Below are positions 40,343-51,006 of a stretch of 52,546 bases of DNA, piece after piece (the first letter of the stretch is position 1; each line of letters begins with the position of its first letter). The translations under genes were made by a program, and so were the position numbers. The notes beneath the pieces were generated by a model. The model worked only from the letters and a program-made list of their open reading frames with translations. It searched no databases and was not told the origin of the DNA. The DNA comes from Pseudolabrys sp. GTDB lineage: Bacteria; Pseudomonadota; Alphaproteobacteria; Rhizobiales; Xanthobacteraceae. The stretch spans positions 1-52,546 of the forward strand of contig DASRAF010000489.1 in the NCBI GenBank assembly GCA_035638295.1, read 5' to 3'.

Positions 40343-40436
40343 GACGGCGGACCGATTGTGTTCTGCGCGGCAGCCGACAGAGTCGGCATTCTGCTGACGT
40401 GACCGAATTACTTGGCGCGGGGGTCCGAGGATCACG

Positions 40437-40732
40437 TTGCTCTGGGTCATTTTACTCGTCGCCGCGGCGGTCGGGCTTTACGCGATAATAATCTTTCAAC
40501 AGCCTGGTGCGAACGAGCCAGATGGCCAACGAGGCGTGGAGCGGGATCGACGTCCAGCTCAAGCGACGCTCCGAGCTCGTCCGTCCGGGAGCATTTTCAG
40601 CAATGCCGTGTCGCCATCGGTTGCGAGCATGAGCGAGGCCTTTGCAAGCGCCGAGCCGGCTTCGTCGGGTTCCTCGGGGTTTCCGGCGGTGGTGGCGGCT
40701 CCGGCGGCGGAGCTGGCGGCGGCGGTTGTTAA
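40437..40732 (+). pseudogene. Remnant: 5' end of a second lemA fused to a Gly/Ser-rich DUF2207-like 3' end
   Basis: LWVILLVAAAVGLYAIIIF, frameshift, NSLVRTSQMANEAWSGIDVQLKRRSELV; later ASSGSSGF, frameshift, SGGGGGSGGGAGGGGC-TAA. Confidence 0.75.
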
Positions 40733-40807
40733 AGCCCGAGCGTATGGTGACAGCCGCGTGCTCCCTTGCTAGGCAGGCGCGCGACGCAACATTTCACGTT
40801 TCCGCCA

Positions 40808-42868
40808 ATGCCCGATCTTCTGCTCGAATTTCTGTCCGAGGAAATACCTGCGCGTATGCAGGCGCGGGCGGCCGAGGACCTGCAAAAGATGGTGACCGGC
40901 CGGTTGGTGGCGGCCGGTCTCGTCTACGAGGGTGCCAAGGCCTTTGTCACGCCGCGCCGGCTCGCGTTGTCGGTGCACGGCGTGCCTGCGCGCCAGCCCG
41001 ACATCAAGGACGAAAAAAAAGGGCCGCGGGTCGGTGCGCCCGGGAACGCCATTGCCGGATTTCTCAAGGCTGCGGGCCTTCAATCGATCAAGCAGGCGGA
41101 GGTTCAGCCGGACAAGAAGGGCGATTTCTACGTTGCAGTGATCCACAAACCGGGAAAGCCGACGCTCGATGTGATCGCCGAGATGATTCCCGAGGTAGTG
41201 CGCAGCTTTCCGTGGCCAAAGTCCATGCGGTGGGGCTCGGGCCGGCTCAGCTGGGTGCGCCCGCTTCATTCGATCGTGGCAACTTTTGGCCCGGAAACCG
41301 AGGAGCCCGCTGTCGTTCCCTTCGATATCGACGGCATAAAAGGTGGTGACGAAACGCGCGGGCATCGCTTCATGGCGCCGGGTCCGATCAAGGTGCGTCA
41401 CTTCGAGGACTACGTTGCAAAGCTCGAAAAGGCCAAAGTGGTTCTCGACCCGGCGCGGCGCGCCGATATGATTCTCGCTGACGCCAAGAATCTCGCTTTC
41501 GCGCAGGGCTATGAGCTGGTGGAAGACGAGGGGTTGCTGGCCGAAGTCGCGGGCCTCGTCGAATGGCCGGTAACGCTTATGGGGACATTCGACGAAAGTT
41601 TCCTGTCTATCCCGGACGAAGTCATCCGCGCCACCATCCGCAATAACCAGAAATGCTTCGTGTTGCGTGATCCGCAGACGGCCAAGCTCGCGAACAAATT
41701 CATCCTGGTTGCCAATGAAGAAGCAGGCGATGGCGGCCAGGCGATCGTCGCCGGTAACGAGCGCGTGATCCGCGCGCGGCTTTCCGATGCAAAGTTCTTC
41801 TACGAGACTGATCTCAAGTCGCGCCTCGAAGACCGGCTGCCAAAGTTTGAGCACATCGTGTTCCACGAGAAGCTCGGTACGCAGGCTGCGCGCATTGCTC
41901 GTATAAGGGCACTCGCCGGCCAGCTTGCGACGATTGTGGACGCCGACGCCGCGAAGGCCGAGCGTGCCGCTGACCTGTGCAAGGCTGATCTTTTGACGGA
42001 CGTCGTCGGCGAGTTCCCCGAGCTGCAGGGACTGATGGGCCGCTACTACGCTGAGGCGCAGAACGAAGATGAAGCTGTCGCGCATGCTTGCGAGGATCAC
42101 TACAAGCCGAAAGGTCCTGACGATCTCGTGCCCGCCGAGCCAGTTTCGGTGGCCGTGGCGCTCGCAGACAAGATCGATATGCTGACTGGATTCTGGGCGA
42201 TCGACGAGAAGCCGACAGGATCGAAAGACCCTTACGCGTTGCGGCGCGCGGCTTTGGGCGCGATCCGACTGGTGATCGACAACAAGCTGCGCCTGCCTCT
42301 CAAGGGCGTCTTTCAAAAGGCAGTCAAAAATTTCTCGGCAGGCGATGACTTGCTTTCATTTTTTGCCGATCGCCTGAAGGTCCAGCTGCGCGAGCAGGGC
42401 GCGCGGCACGATCTGGTCGACGCCGTGTTTTCACTCCCGGGCCAGGACGATCTTCTGATGATCGTCCATCGCGTCGAGGCGCTGGGGAAATTCCTCGACA
42501 GCGATGACGGGAAGAATCTGCTCGCCGGCTACAAGCGCGCGACCAACATCATTCGGATCGAGGAGAAAAAAGACAAGCGCGAGTACATAGGCGCGCCCGA
42601 TTCAAAGAAGTACCAGCTCCCGGAAGAGAAGTCGTTGGCCAAAGCCATCGACGTCGCAAAGAAAGAAGCCGCGGCGTCTGTCGCCAGGGAAGATTTCGCA
42701 GCAGCGATGCGTGCAATGGCCAAGCTGCGCCCGCGCGTGGACGAGTTTTTCGACAAAGTTACCGTCAACGTCGACGATAAAGCCTTGCGCGAAAATCGCC
42801 TGAAGCTGCTCAATGAGATTCGTGAAGCGACCCGATCGGTAGCGGATTTCTCAAAGATCGAGGGATAA
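40808..42868 (+). CDS. glyS: Glycine--tRNA ligase beta subunit
   Basis: [53 protein letters not shown]. Confidence 0.98.
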   Translation: MPDLLLEFLSEEIPARMQARAAEDLQKMVTGRLVAAGLVYEGAKAFVTPRRLALSVHGVPARQPDIKDEKKGPRVGAPGNAIAGFLKAAGLQSIKQAEVQPDKKGDFYVAVIHKPGKPTLDVIAEMIPEVVRSFPWPKSMRWGSGRLSWVRPLHSIVATFGPETEEPAVVPFDIDGIKGGDETRGHRFMAPGPIKVRHFEDYVAKLEKAKVVLDPARRADMILADAKNLAFAQGYELVEDEGLLAEVAGLVEWPVTLMGTFDESFLSIPDEVIRATIRNNQKCFVLRDPQTAKLANKFILVANEEAGDGGQAIVAGNERVIRARLSDAKFFYETDLKSRLEDRLPKFEHIVFHEKLGTQAARIARIRALAGQLATIVDADAAKAERAADLCKADLLTDVVGEFPELQGLMGRYYAEAQNEDEAVAHACEDHYKPKGPDDLVPAEPVSVAVALADKIDMLTGFWAIDEKPTGSKDPYALRRAALGAIRLVIDNKLRLPLKGVFQKAVKNFSAGDDLLSFFADRLKVQLREQGARHDLVDAVFSLPGQDDLLMIVHRVEALGKFLDSDDGKNLLAGYKRATNIIRIEEKKDKREYIGAPDSKKYQLPEEKSLAKAIDVAKKEAAASVAREDFAAAMRAMAKLRPRVDEFFDKVTVNVDDKALRENRLKLLNEIREATRSVADFSKIEG

Positions 42869-42921
42869 CTGCGCTCTGCGCGCGTATAGAACTTCGCAGC
42901 GCTTTTGCGATGTCATAAAGT

Positions 42922-42946
42922 GGAACAGTCCGGCTTTCCCGCCGTT
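42922..42946 (+). promoter_or_regulatory. EcfG (general stress response) promoter
   Basis: GGAAC-agtccggctttcccgc-CGTT, perfect GGAAC-N16-CGTT. Confidence 0.8.
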
Positions 42947-42981
42947 TTCAATCGCATTGCCAGCCAAAAAGGGGAGTAATC

Positions 42982-43125
42982 ATGACCGTCAGCATTGCGC
43001 ATTTGCAGCCGATCGTCGCGCTCATCGCCGGTATTCTGATTCTCATCATTCCGCGTCTTCTCAACATCATCGTCGCGGTCTATCTCATATTGATCGGCCT
43101 GCTCGGTCTCGGGCTTTTCCGCTGA
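42982..43125 (+). CDS. DUF3096 family small membrane protein (47 aa, below ORF-track cutoff)
   Basis: MTVSIAHLQPIVALIAGILILIIPRLLNIIVAVYLILIGLLGLGLFR; GGGGAG RBS. Confidence 0.88.
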   Translation: MTVSIAHLQPIVALIAGILILIIPRLLNIIVAVYLILIGLLGLGLFR

Positions 43126-43200
43126 TCGGAATCCGGACTTGCGCAGGCCCATGCGGCAGTGCTTTTTAGATGCCGTCGCCCCACCAATGTTGCTTGACCT

Positions 43201-45990
43201 ATGGCTAAAAGAAATCGTGCGCGTACCAGCGTAAAGCGTAAAAAACGAGCGGTGCGGAAGTCCCCTCGGCCCACGGGCCGGCCTAAGGCGAAGGCGGCTG
43301 CATCGCAATCCAGAGGCAAATGGGTCTACGGCTTCGGCGATGGCCGCGCCGAAGGTACAGCCTCCATGCGCAATTTGCTTGGCGGCAAGGGTGCGGGACT
43401 GGCCGAGATGGCCAATCTGAAGCTGCCCGTCCCGCCTGGTTTCACCATTACGACCGACGTCTGCACGTATTATTACCGCCACAACAAGCAGTACCCGAAG
43501 GATTTGCGCGATCAGGTCGAGAAAGCCCTGGCACAAGTTGGTCGTATCACCGGAAGGAAGTTCGGCGACGAGACAAATCCTCTTTTGGTCTCGGTGCGCT
43601 CCGGCGCCCGCGCCTCAATGCCGGGCATGATGGACACTGTGCTCAATCTCGGTCTCAACGACGAAACCGTTGAGACGCTCGCAAAGAAATCAGGCGATCG
43701 GCGCTTCGCCTACGACAGCTATCGCCGTTTCATCACTATGTATTCCGATGTGGTGCTCGGCGTTGGCCACGAACATTTCGAAGAGTTGCTCGACCGGCAC
43801 AAGGAACAGCAGGGCTATACCCTCGATACGGACTTGTCTGCTGACGATTGGGCCGATCTCGTCGTTCGGTACAAGAAGCGCGTGAAGGATGAACTCGGCC
43901 AGGACTTTCCTCAGGACCCCTACGAGCAACTCTGGGGCGCAATCGGAGCAGTGTTTGGCTCGTGGATGAACCAGCGCGCCATTACGTATCGCAAGCTGCA
44001 CAGTATTCCGGAAAGTTGGGGCACTGCGGTCAACGTGCAGGCCATGGTGTTTGGCAACATGGGCGACACCTCGGCGACCGGCGTTGCGTTTACCCGCAAC
44101 CCCTCGACTGGTGAGAAAAAACTCTACGGCGAATTCCTGATCAATGCGCAAGGCGAAGACGTCGTCGCCGGCATACGTACGCCGCAAGAGATCAGTGAGG
44201 CCGCCCGGAAGGAAGCCGGTTCTGACAAGTCTTCGATGGAATATGCGTTGCCGAAGGCCTATGCCGAGCTCAAGCGTATCTACAACGTGCTCGAGCGGCA
44301 CTATCGCGACATGCAGGACCTGGAATTCACGGTCGAGCAGGGCAAGCTCTGGATGCTGCAGACGCGATCGGGCAAGCGCACGGCCAAGGCCGCGCTTCGC
44401 ATCGCGGTCGAGTTGGCCAACGAGGGGTTGATATCGAAAAGCGATGCGGTCCTGCGCGTCGACCCGCTCAGCCTCGACCAATTGTTGCATCCGACCATCG
44501 ATCCGCGCGCACATCGGCGCATCATCGCTACCGGCCTGCCGGCCTCGCCGGGTGCGGCCAGCGGTGAGATTGTTTTCTCGCCCGATGAAGCAGCGCAGCT
44601 GAAATCCGATGGCAAGAAAGTCGTCCTCGTTCGCGTGGAAACATCGCCGGAGGACATTCATGGGATGCATGCGGCCGAAGGAATTCTGACGACACGCGGC
44701 GGCATGACATCACATGCGGCAGTCGTGGCGCGCGGAATGGGGAAGCCATGCGTTTCCGGCGCCGGTTCGCTGCGCGTCGACTATGCAGCGGGAACCATGG
44801 TTGCCGGCGGTCAAAGCTTCAAAAAGGGTGATTACATCACTGTCGATGGCTCAACCGGACAGGTGCTGGCCGGCAAGGTCGAAATGGTCGAACCGCAATT
44901 GTCCGGCGAGTTTGCAACCTTGATCGGCTGGGCCGACAAAGTCCGCCGTCTGGGCGTGCGGGCGAACGCTGATACGCCGACGGACGCCAAGGCTGCGGTT
45001 CGCTTCGGCGCCGAGGGCATCGGGCTCTGTCGGACCGAGCACATGTTTTTTGAATCTGACCGTATCCAGGCGGTCCGCGAGATGATTCTTGCCGACGACG
45101 AGAAGGCGCGGCGTGCAGCAATCGCCAAGCTGCTTCCAATGCAGCGCGCCGATTTTGTCGAATTGTTTGAGATCATGGCGGGTCGACCGGTGACCATTCG
45201 GCTCCTGGATCCTCCACTGCACGAATTTCTGCCCCATGGTGAGGAGGAGATCGCCGAAGTTGCCGCCGCCATGGGCGAAGACCCGAAGAAGCTCGCTGCC
45301 CGAGCCAGCGAACTTTCCGAGTTCAACCCGATGCTTGGATTCCGCGGTTGCCGCATCGCGATCGTCTATCCGGAAATCGCCGAAATGCAGGCACGCGCTA
45401 TTTTTGAAGCGGCGATCGAAGCCGCCAAGCGCACCGGCAAACCCGTGGTGCCGGAAGTCATGGTGCCGTTGATCGCAACAAAGACCGAGCTTGATCTTGT
45501 AAAGGCTCGCATCGATGCCATGGCGCAGGCTGTCGCAAAGGAAAAAAATACGAAGGTCGACTATCAGGTCGGTACGATGATCGAGCTGCCCCGAGCCTCC
45601 CTGATGGCCGATGAAATCGCGCAAAGCGCCGAATTCTTCTCATTCGGCACGAACGATCTAACGCAAACGACATTCGGGATTTCGCGCGATGACGCGGCGA
45701 GTTTTCTGGGCATCTATACGGCGCGCGGCATACTTCCCGTTGATCCATTCGTTTCCATCGATCAGCGCGGCGTTGGCGAACTTGTCAGAATCGGGGTCGA
45801 GCGCGGCCGCAAAGTCAGATCGAAGCTGAAAGTCGGTATTTGCGGTGAACATGGGGGCGATCCGGCATCGGTTGCCTTCTGTCACGAAGCGAAACTCGAC
45901 TACGTGTCCTGTTCGCCGTTCCGCGTGCCAATAGCGCGCCTGGCGGCCGCTCAGGCTGCGCTGGGCAAGTCGGCAGCGAGCCAAGCGTAG
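43201..45990 (+). CDS. ppdK: Pyruvate phosphate dikinase
   Basis: LLGGKGA.LAEM, SVRSGARASMPGMMDT, GGMTSHAAVVARG (phospho-His), GTNDLTQ, GICGEHGG. Confidence 0.98.
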   Translation: MAKRNRARTSVKRKKRAVRKSPRPTGRPKAKAAASQSRGKWVYGFGDGRAEGTASMRNLLGGKGAGLAEMANLKLPVPPGFTITTDVCTYYYRHNKQYPKDLRDQVEKALAQVGRITGRKFGDETNPLLVSVRSGARASMPGMMDTVLNLGLNDETVETLAKKSGDRRFAYDSYRRFITMYSDVVLGVGHEHFEELLDRHKEQQGYTLDTDLSADDWADLVVRYKKRVKDELGQDFPQDPYEQLWGAIGAVFGSWMNQRAITYRKLHSIPESWGTAVNVQAMVFGNMGDTSATGVAFTRNPSTGEKKLYGEFLINAQGEDVVAGIRTPQEISEAARKEAGSDKSSMEYALPKAYAELKRIYNVLERHYRDMQDLEFTVEQGKLWMLQTRSGKRTAKAALRIAVELANEGLISKSDAVLRVDPLSLDQLLHPTIDPRAHRRIIATGLPASPGAASGEIVFSPDEAAQLKSDGKKVVLVRVETSPEDIHGMHAAEGILTTRGGMTSHAAVVARGMGKPCVSGAGSLRVDYAAGTMVAGGQSFKKGDYITVDGSTGQVLAGKVEMVEPQLSGEFATLIGWADKVRRLGVRANADTPTDAKAAVRFGAEGIGLCRTEHMFFESDRIQAVREMILADDEKARRAAIAKLLPMQRADFVELFEIMAGRPVTIRLLDPPLHEFLPHGEEEIAEVAAAMGEDPKKLAARASELSEFNPMLGFRGCRIAIVYPEIAEMQARAIFEAAIEAAKRTGKPVVPEVMVPLIATKTELDLVKARIDAMAQAVAKEKNTKVDYQVGTMIELPRASLMADEIAQSAEFFSFGTNDLTQTTFGISRDDAASFLGIYTARGILPVDPFVSIDQRGVGELVRIGVERGRKVRSKLKVGICGEHGGDPASVAFCHEAKLDYVSCSPFRVPIARLAAAQAALGKSAASQA

Positions 45991-46012
45991 GCGTTCTTCC
46001 AGGAAACGAAGA

Positions 46013-46287
46013 CTAGACCGCTACCCTGCCGCTCGAGCCGCAGGTTAGCGACGGCGTGATCGACGGCCTCAGAGGCGTCGCGAACGGCTGCTGCCGAGGC
46101 GCGCGTTTGCGTTGCCGCGCCGGCGACGTCCCCTTGTGACATGTTGTTGAGCGCGGTGGAGAAGCGATGATTTTGCTCCTGCAGACGACGGTAGAGGATG
46201 CCGACGACGAACAGCAATACAAGGCACGCACCCGTAATGAGCGCGATCCGACGCGCAGCAGTCGATGGCAGGAAGGAAGAGAACATG
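46013..46287 (-). pseudogene. Remnant of a PAS-containing methyl-accepting chemotaxis protein with large internal deletion
   Basis: TM + RFSTALNNMSQG joined directly to DVAGAATQTRASAAAVRDASEAVDHAVANLRLE, then frameshifted GRVAV-TAG; 5' boundary approximate. Confidence 0.65.
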
Positions 46288-46447
46288 CCGGCCCACAAAA
46301 AATACCGTCGGCAATATTGTGCTGGAGCAATTGCGATATAGTTAATTTTTGTTTCCCGTTCGCTATGGCGAAAACCGCGCACCTTGCCGACTCACGACGT
46401 CGAAGGGTAGCGCCTCGCGGGACAGAGCGGTCGTGCTGCCCGCGAAG

Positions 46448-46479
46448 TTAACGCCTTCGCAAGGTTAATCGGACCATAA
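46448..46479. promoter_or_regulatory. CtrA-like sites between the chemoreceptor remnant and the cell wall hydrolase
   Basis: TTAA-tcggacc-ATAA at 46465-46479 (TTAACC half-site on minus strand) plus TTAAC at 46448. Confidence 0.45.
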
Positions 46480-46515
46480 AAATCTGTCGTATCGCCATCA
46501 GTCGATGGCGAGGCG

Positions 46516-47964
46516 GTGGCGGGACGTTGTGGCGTGGCGTTGAGTGGACAGCGCGTGGTGTCACCTGGGCGTCGGCGGCTGAAGGGAGCCGCGTCGATAG
46601 CCATTGGAGCGGCCGCACTCACGCTCCTTCCCAGCCGGATTGCGTTTCAGGATCTCGGCGCGCTGATTGCCAGACAACCGGCCGTCACCAAACGTTGGCA
46701 ACAGCATCTTATTGCGTCTCCTTTCGGCACGATTCATGCCGCGATGTTCAGTCTGCCGAGGCCGGTGGGGACCGCGATTCCGCATCCGCCCATCTATGCG
46801 CTTGCGAACTTCGATCCGCTGGACATCACCGGATCGATCGGAAGGCAGCCGCTTGGCGATGGGACGGCGCCTTTGCAGTTTCCCAAGGCCAACCGCAAAT
46901 CCAAGAGCGACTCGCTCATCGTGCGCGATCGCGAACCGGTCCCGCCGCTTCCGTCCACCTCCGCGATTGAACAGGCGCCGCAAGCCGAGCCCGAGACAAC
47001 GCAAAAGGACGAAGCCGATGGCCGCTTCGAGCCCTATGCGAAATATGAATTTTTGACACCGGGCGACCGCAGTTCAACGCCCGATGTCGAATTGCCGTAT
47101 GTGGATATGCCGCCCGCCAACCTGACGCCTGTTGCGCCGCGTGGAGTGAAAAAGAATTCAACGCAGCTTTATTTCGGAATCGAGTCGATGACAGGCAGTG
47201 GCGAAGGGATTGCTCCTTGGGCACCTGGCGAAGCGCCTGTCGTGCTCGCCTCGCGCGGCGATCCGGATATCAAACAATCGGCGCTGACGCCTGTGTCGCC
47301 CGAGAACGAAAGCAAGGCCGGGGAGAGCGTTGCAAGCAAAGGTGAGGTGACCGGTATCGATCAGCGGCCGCATACGCCGGCAGAGCGGCTGGCGCTGACC
47401 GGCGTCGCGCGTGCAAAGGCTGAAAAGTGTCTCGCGAACGCCGTGTATTTTGAATCGCGCGGCGAGTCAGTGCGCGGGCAGATTGCGGTGGCGCAAGTCG
47501 TGATGAACCGAGTCTTCTCGCCGTTCTATCCGAACGATGTCTGCGGGGTCGTCTACCAAAACGCTCACCGGCACAACGCCTGTCAGTTCACTTTCGCCTG
47601 TGACGGCATTCCCGACGTCGTTACCGAACCCGATGCCTGGGAGCGCGCCAAGCGCATCTCCCGCGACATGCTCGAGGGCAAGCTGTGGATGCCGGAAGTA
47701 TCGAAGTCTACGCACTACCATGCTTATTGGGTGCGGCCCGACTGGGTCAACGAGATGAAGAAGATCTACAAGCTCGGTGTGCATACCTTCTATCGTCCCC
47801 GCGCATGGGGTGAGGGCGACGATGAGCCCACCTGGGGCGACGCGGCGACGACCGAAAAGGAGACCGCGGCGGAGGAGGCAAAAGGCCCAGTAAGCCATAG
47901 TGCTGAATGGCTTAAGTCCGAAGAGGGCCAGGCCTCGACCCGGCAGAAAAACGCACGCAAATAG
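46516..47964 (+). CDS. Cell wall hydrolase (SleB/Hydrolase_2 family)
   Basis: CLANAVYFESRGE, GQIAVAQVVMNRV, CGVVYQ, CQFTFACDG, THYHA.WV.P.W; start uncertain. Confidence 0.9.
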   Translation: MAGRCGVALSGQRVVSPGRRRLKGAASIAIGAAALTLLPSRIAFQDLGALIARQPAVTKRWQQHLIASPFGTIHAAMFSLPRPVGTAIPHPPIYALANFDPLDITGSIGRQPLGDGTAPLQFPKANRKSKSDSLIVRDREPVPPLPSTSAIEQAPQAEPETTQKDEADGRFEPYAKYEFLTPGDRSSTPDVELPYVDMPPANLTPVAPRGVKKNSTQLYFGIESMTGSGEGIAPWAPGEAPVVLASRGDPDIKQSALTPVSPENESKAGESVASKGEVTGIDQRPHTPAERLALTGVARAKAEKCLANAVYFESRGESVRGQIAVAQVVMNRVFSPFYPNDVCGVVYQNAHRHNACQFTFACDGIPDVVTEPDAWERAKRISRDMLEGKLWMPEVSKSTHYHAYWVRPDWVNEMKKIYKLGVHTFYRPRAWGEGDDEPTWGDAATTEKETAAEEAKGPVSHSAEWLKSEEGQASTRQKNARK

Positions 47965-48084
47965 TTCCTGACGTACAAGTATGCGTGGCGCAAATGCGCC
48001 GGATCACAAATATTCGTTTGGGAGCACAATACGTTGCCCCTATATGCTCGCGTGCCAGCTTGCGGCCGGAGCTATTTTAATTTA

Positions 48085-49344
48085 ATGGCGATCCATGTGA
48101 CAGGCGAAAAGTCAAAATCCGTCGATTGGCGGACGCCTGCTGTCGTGGTCGCTTGCGGCTGCCTGATTGCGATGATCAGTTTCGGCCCGCGCTCATCGCT
48201 CGGCTTTTTTCTGACGCCTCTGTCGCAGACAAATCATTGGGGCCGCGACGTCTTCGCTTTCGCCGTTGCGATACAGAATCTGCTGTGGGGTATCGGTCAA
48301 CCCTTCGCCGGCGGGATTGCCGATCGCTTCGGTACAAATCGCGTGCTCTGCCTCGGCGCTGCGCTCTATGCGCTTGGGCTCGCGATCATGGCGCGCTCGA
48401 CCACGCCTGAGGAGCTCAGTCTGTCGGCGGGCGTGCTCATCGGCCTCGGTCTGTCCGGTTGTTCGTTCAATATCGTGCTGGGTGCTTTCGGCAAGCTGCT
48501 GCCGGAAAAATGGCGCTCGCTTGCGTTCGGCGCCGGTACGGCTGCCGGCTCCTTCGGGCAATTCCTCTATTCGCCGATCGCAGTCGCGCTGATGGACAAC
48601 TTCGGTTGGCAGCAGGCGCTGCTGATTTTCGCCGGGGTCACGCTGTTGATACTGCCGCTGTCACTCGCACTTGCGACTCCGGTTGCGCCGTTCGGGGAGA
48701 CGACGCCGACGACTCGATCGACGCAACCGACACAGTCAGCCCGCCAAGCCTTTGCTGAAGCGTTTGGTCACCGCAGTTATGTGCTGCTTGTCATTGGTTT
48801 CTTTACCTGTGGCTTTCAACTCGCGTTCATTACCGTGCATCTGCCCGCCTACCTGATTGACCGGGGTCTCTCGGTGGAGGTAGGTGGCTGGACGCTCGCC
48901 GTGATCGGCATGTTCAATATTGTCGGCTCGTTAGGTTCAGGCTGGCTCAGCACGCGGATGCCGAAGCGCTACCTGCTGTCGAGCATCTATTTCACCCGCG
49001 CGGCGGCGATTGTTGCCTTCATTACGATCCCGGCAAGCCCAACGTCGACCTTGGTTTTTGGGGCCGTCACGGGACTCATGTGGCTTTCGACCGTTCCGCC
49101 TACCTCTGCGCTGGTTGCTGTCATGTTCGGCACGCGCTGGCTGGCAATGCTTTTTGGCTTTGCCTTTTTCAGCCATCAGGTTGGTGGTTTCCTCGGCGTA
49201 CTGATCGGAGGCATAGCATTCGAGCGCACTGGTTCGTATGATCTTGTGTGGTGGCTATCGGTGCTGTTCGGCGTGCTGTCGGCAGTGATCAACCTGCCGA
49301 TCGTGGAAAAGCCAGTCGCGCGACCTGCTATGGCTCCCGCCTGA
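48085..49344 (+). CDS. MFS transporter
   Basis: About 12 TM helices, G.IADRFG motif [16 protein letters not shown]. Confidence 0.92.
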   Translation: MAIHVTGEKSKSVDWRTPAVVVACGCLIAMISFGPRSSLGFFLTPLSQTNHWGRDVFAFAVAIQNLLWGIGQPFAGGIADRFGTNRVLCLGAALYALGLAIMARSTTPEELSLSAGVLIGLGLSGCSFNIVLGAFGKLLPEKWRSLAFGAGTAAGSFGQFLYSPIAVALMDNFGWQQALLIFAGVTLLILPLSLALATPVAPFGETTPTTRSTQPTQSARQAFAEAFGHRSYVLLVIGFFTCGFQLAFITVHLPAYLIDRGLSVEVGGWTLAVIGMFNIVGSLGSGWLSTRMPKRYLLSSIYFTRAAAIVAFITIPASPTSTLVFGAVTGLMWLSTVPPTSALVAVMFGTRWLAMLFGFAFFSHQVGGFLGVLIGGIAFERTGSYDLVWWLSVLFGVLSAVINLPIVEKPVARPAMAPA

Positions 49345-49441
49345 CGCGCGATTCAGTCAGCAATCATTATGTCTGGGGCTTGCCCCGCGCGCGCACGCCT
49401 TTAGAACTATACGCTCGACCCACGATGCGGAGCTGTGCTGC

Positions 49442-50428
49442 GTGGCTGCGTTTAAGGCGATTGTGATCGAGAAGGCCGAGGGCGGTACCAGAGCCGCGCT
49501 CACCAATTTCGACGAAGCGAATTTAATGGATGGCGACGTGACCGTCCGCGTCGACTATTCCACGGTCAACTATAAGGACGGTCTGGCGATAACAGGCAAA
49601 TCACCCGTTGTACGACGGTTCCCGATGATCGCCGGGGTTGATCTCGCTGGAACCGTGGAATCCTCAAACCACGCAGCCTGGAAGGCCGGCGACAAGGTCA
49701 TTCTCAACGGCTGGGGTTGCGGCGAGACGCATTTGGGCGCCTATGCCGAGAAGGCGCGCGTCAAAGGAGACTGGCTCGTTCCGCTGCCTAAAACGATGAC
49801 TCCTCGCGAGGCGATGGCGGTCGGTACGGCCGGATACACCGCGATGTTGGCTGTGATGGCGCTCGAACAGCATGGGCTTCGTCCTCCAAATGGAGGGATC
49901 GCGGTGAGCGGGGCCGTCGGCGGCGTCGGTTCGGTCGGCGTCGGCATTCTCGCCGACCGCGGATACACCGTGCACGCGATCACCGGGCGCCCGCAGGAGG
50001 CCGACTATCTGAAATCGCTCGGCGCTGCCGAAATCGTCGACCGCAAGGAGCTCACGGGCCCTGTTCGCCCGCTCGCCAAGGAGCGCTGGGCTGGCGCGAT
50101 CGACTCCGTGGGTTCGACCTTACTCGCCAACCTGCTGTCGATGACCCGATATGGCGGGGCGGTAGCCGCGTGCGGCCTGGCCGGCGGTATGGACCTGCCG
50201 ACCTCGGTCGCCCCCTTCATTCTGCGCGGGGTGTGCCTCTACGGCATCGAATCGGTGATGTGCCCTATCGAACTTCGCCGGGAAGCCTGGAAACGCCTGG
50301 AAACCGATCTGAACCGGCAGAAACTGGCTGCAATGACCCGGGAAATAGGCCTTTCTGATGTTTTGGAAGTCGCCCCGCAGATTCTCGAGGGGAAGGTGCG
50401 GGGCAGAATCGTGGTCAAAATCGCGTAA
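49442..50428 (+). CDS. MDR family oxidoreductase (YhdH/AcuI acryloyl-CoA reductase-like)
   Basis: [39 protein letters not shown]. Confidence 0.9.
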   Translation: MAAFKAIVIEKAEGGTRAALTNFDEANLMDGDVTVRVDYSTVNYKDGLAITGKSPVVRRFPMIAGVDLAGTVESSNHAAWKAGDKVILNGWGCGETHLGAYAEKARVKGDWLVPLPKTMTPREAMAVGTAGYTAMLAVMALEQHGLRPPNGGIAVSGAVGGVGSVGVGILADRGYTVHAITGRPQEADYLKSLGAAEIVDRKELTGPVRPLAKERWAGAIDSVGSTLLANLLSMTRYGGAVAACGLAGGMDLPTSVAPFILRGVCLYGIESVMCPIELRREAWKRLETDLNRQKLAAMTREIGLSDVLEVAPQILEGKVRGRIVVKIA

Positions 50429-50529
50429 ATGCGTTCAGGATTTATCGACGAAACCCGTGCATAATCTGTTAGGCCTAAAAATCGGCTCGAATGTGCTGTA
50501 GTGTTTGTTGCGTCAGTCGGAGTCGGGGA

Positions 50530-51003
50530 ATGTTGCGTAGCATTGCATTGACCGCCGGACTTATGGCCGCGTTGCCGGCGATGGCCGGCGAGATGGGTGC
50601 CGACGAGGCGCGTCGGTTCGTTATCGGCAAGACGTTCAGCTACACCTGTTTTGAAGGCTCGCGCGGGCAGGGCCGCGTCAATCCCGACGGCTCGGTTGCC
50701 GGCACCATCCAATTCCAGGGCTCAGGCGCCGTTCGCTACGCGCAATTGCCGGCCAACACGTTGCAGGTACGCGGCGAATACGTTTGCGCGACGTTACGCG
50801 GGATGTTGTTCCAGCCATGTTTTAATCTTGAGCGCACCGGCGACAACAGCTTCCGCGGAGCGATCTCGGGGCTCGGCTTCGCCTATTGCGAATTCACGCG
50901 GCATGGACGGACGACGGTCGCCCACAGCGTGCACCGCAGTTCGAATTCGCAGAATGGTCAGCCGCTCGGTCTGCGCCCCTCGATCGCCGCCGACAATAAT
51001 TGA
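50530..51003 (+). CDS. Exported hypothetical protein with four Cys
   Basis: Signal peptide ending AMA, FSYTCFEG, CATL, PCFNL, AYCEF; GGGG RBS. Confidence 0.7.
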   Translation: MLRSIALTAGLMAALPAMAGEMGADEARRFVIGKTFSYTCFEGSRGQGRVNPDGSVAGTIQFQGSGAVRYAQLPANTLQVRGEYVCATLRGMLFQPCFNLERTGDNSFRGAISGLGFAYCEFTRHGRTTVAHSVHRSSNSQNGQPLGLRPSIAADNN

Positions 51004-51006
51004 TTT

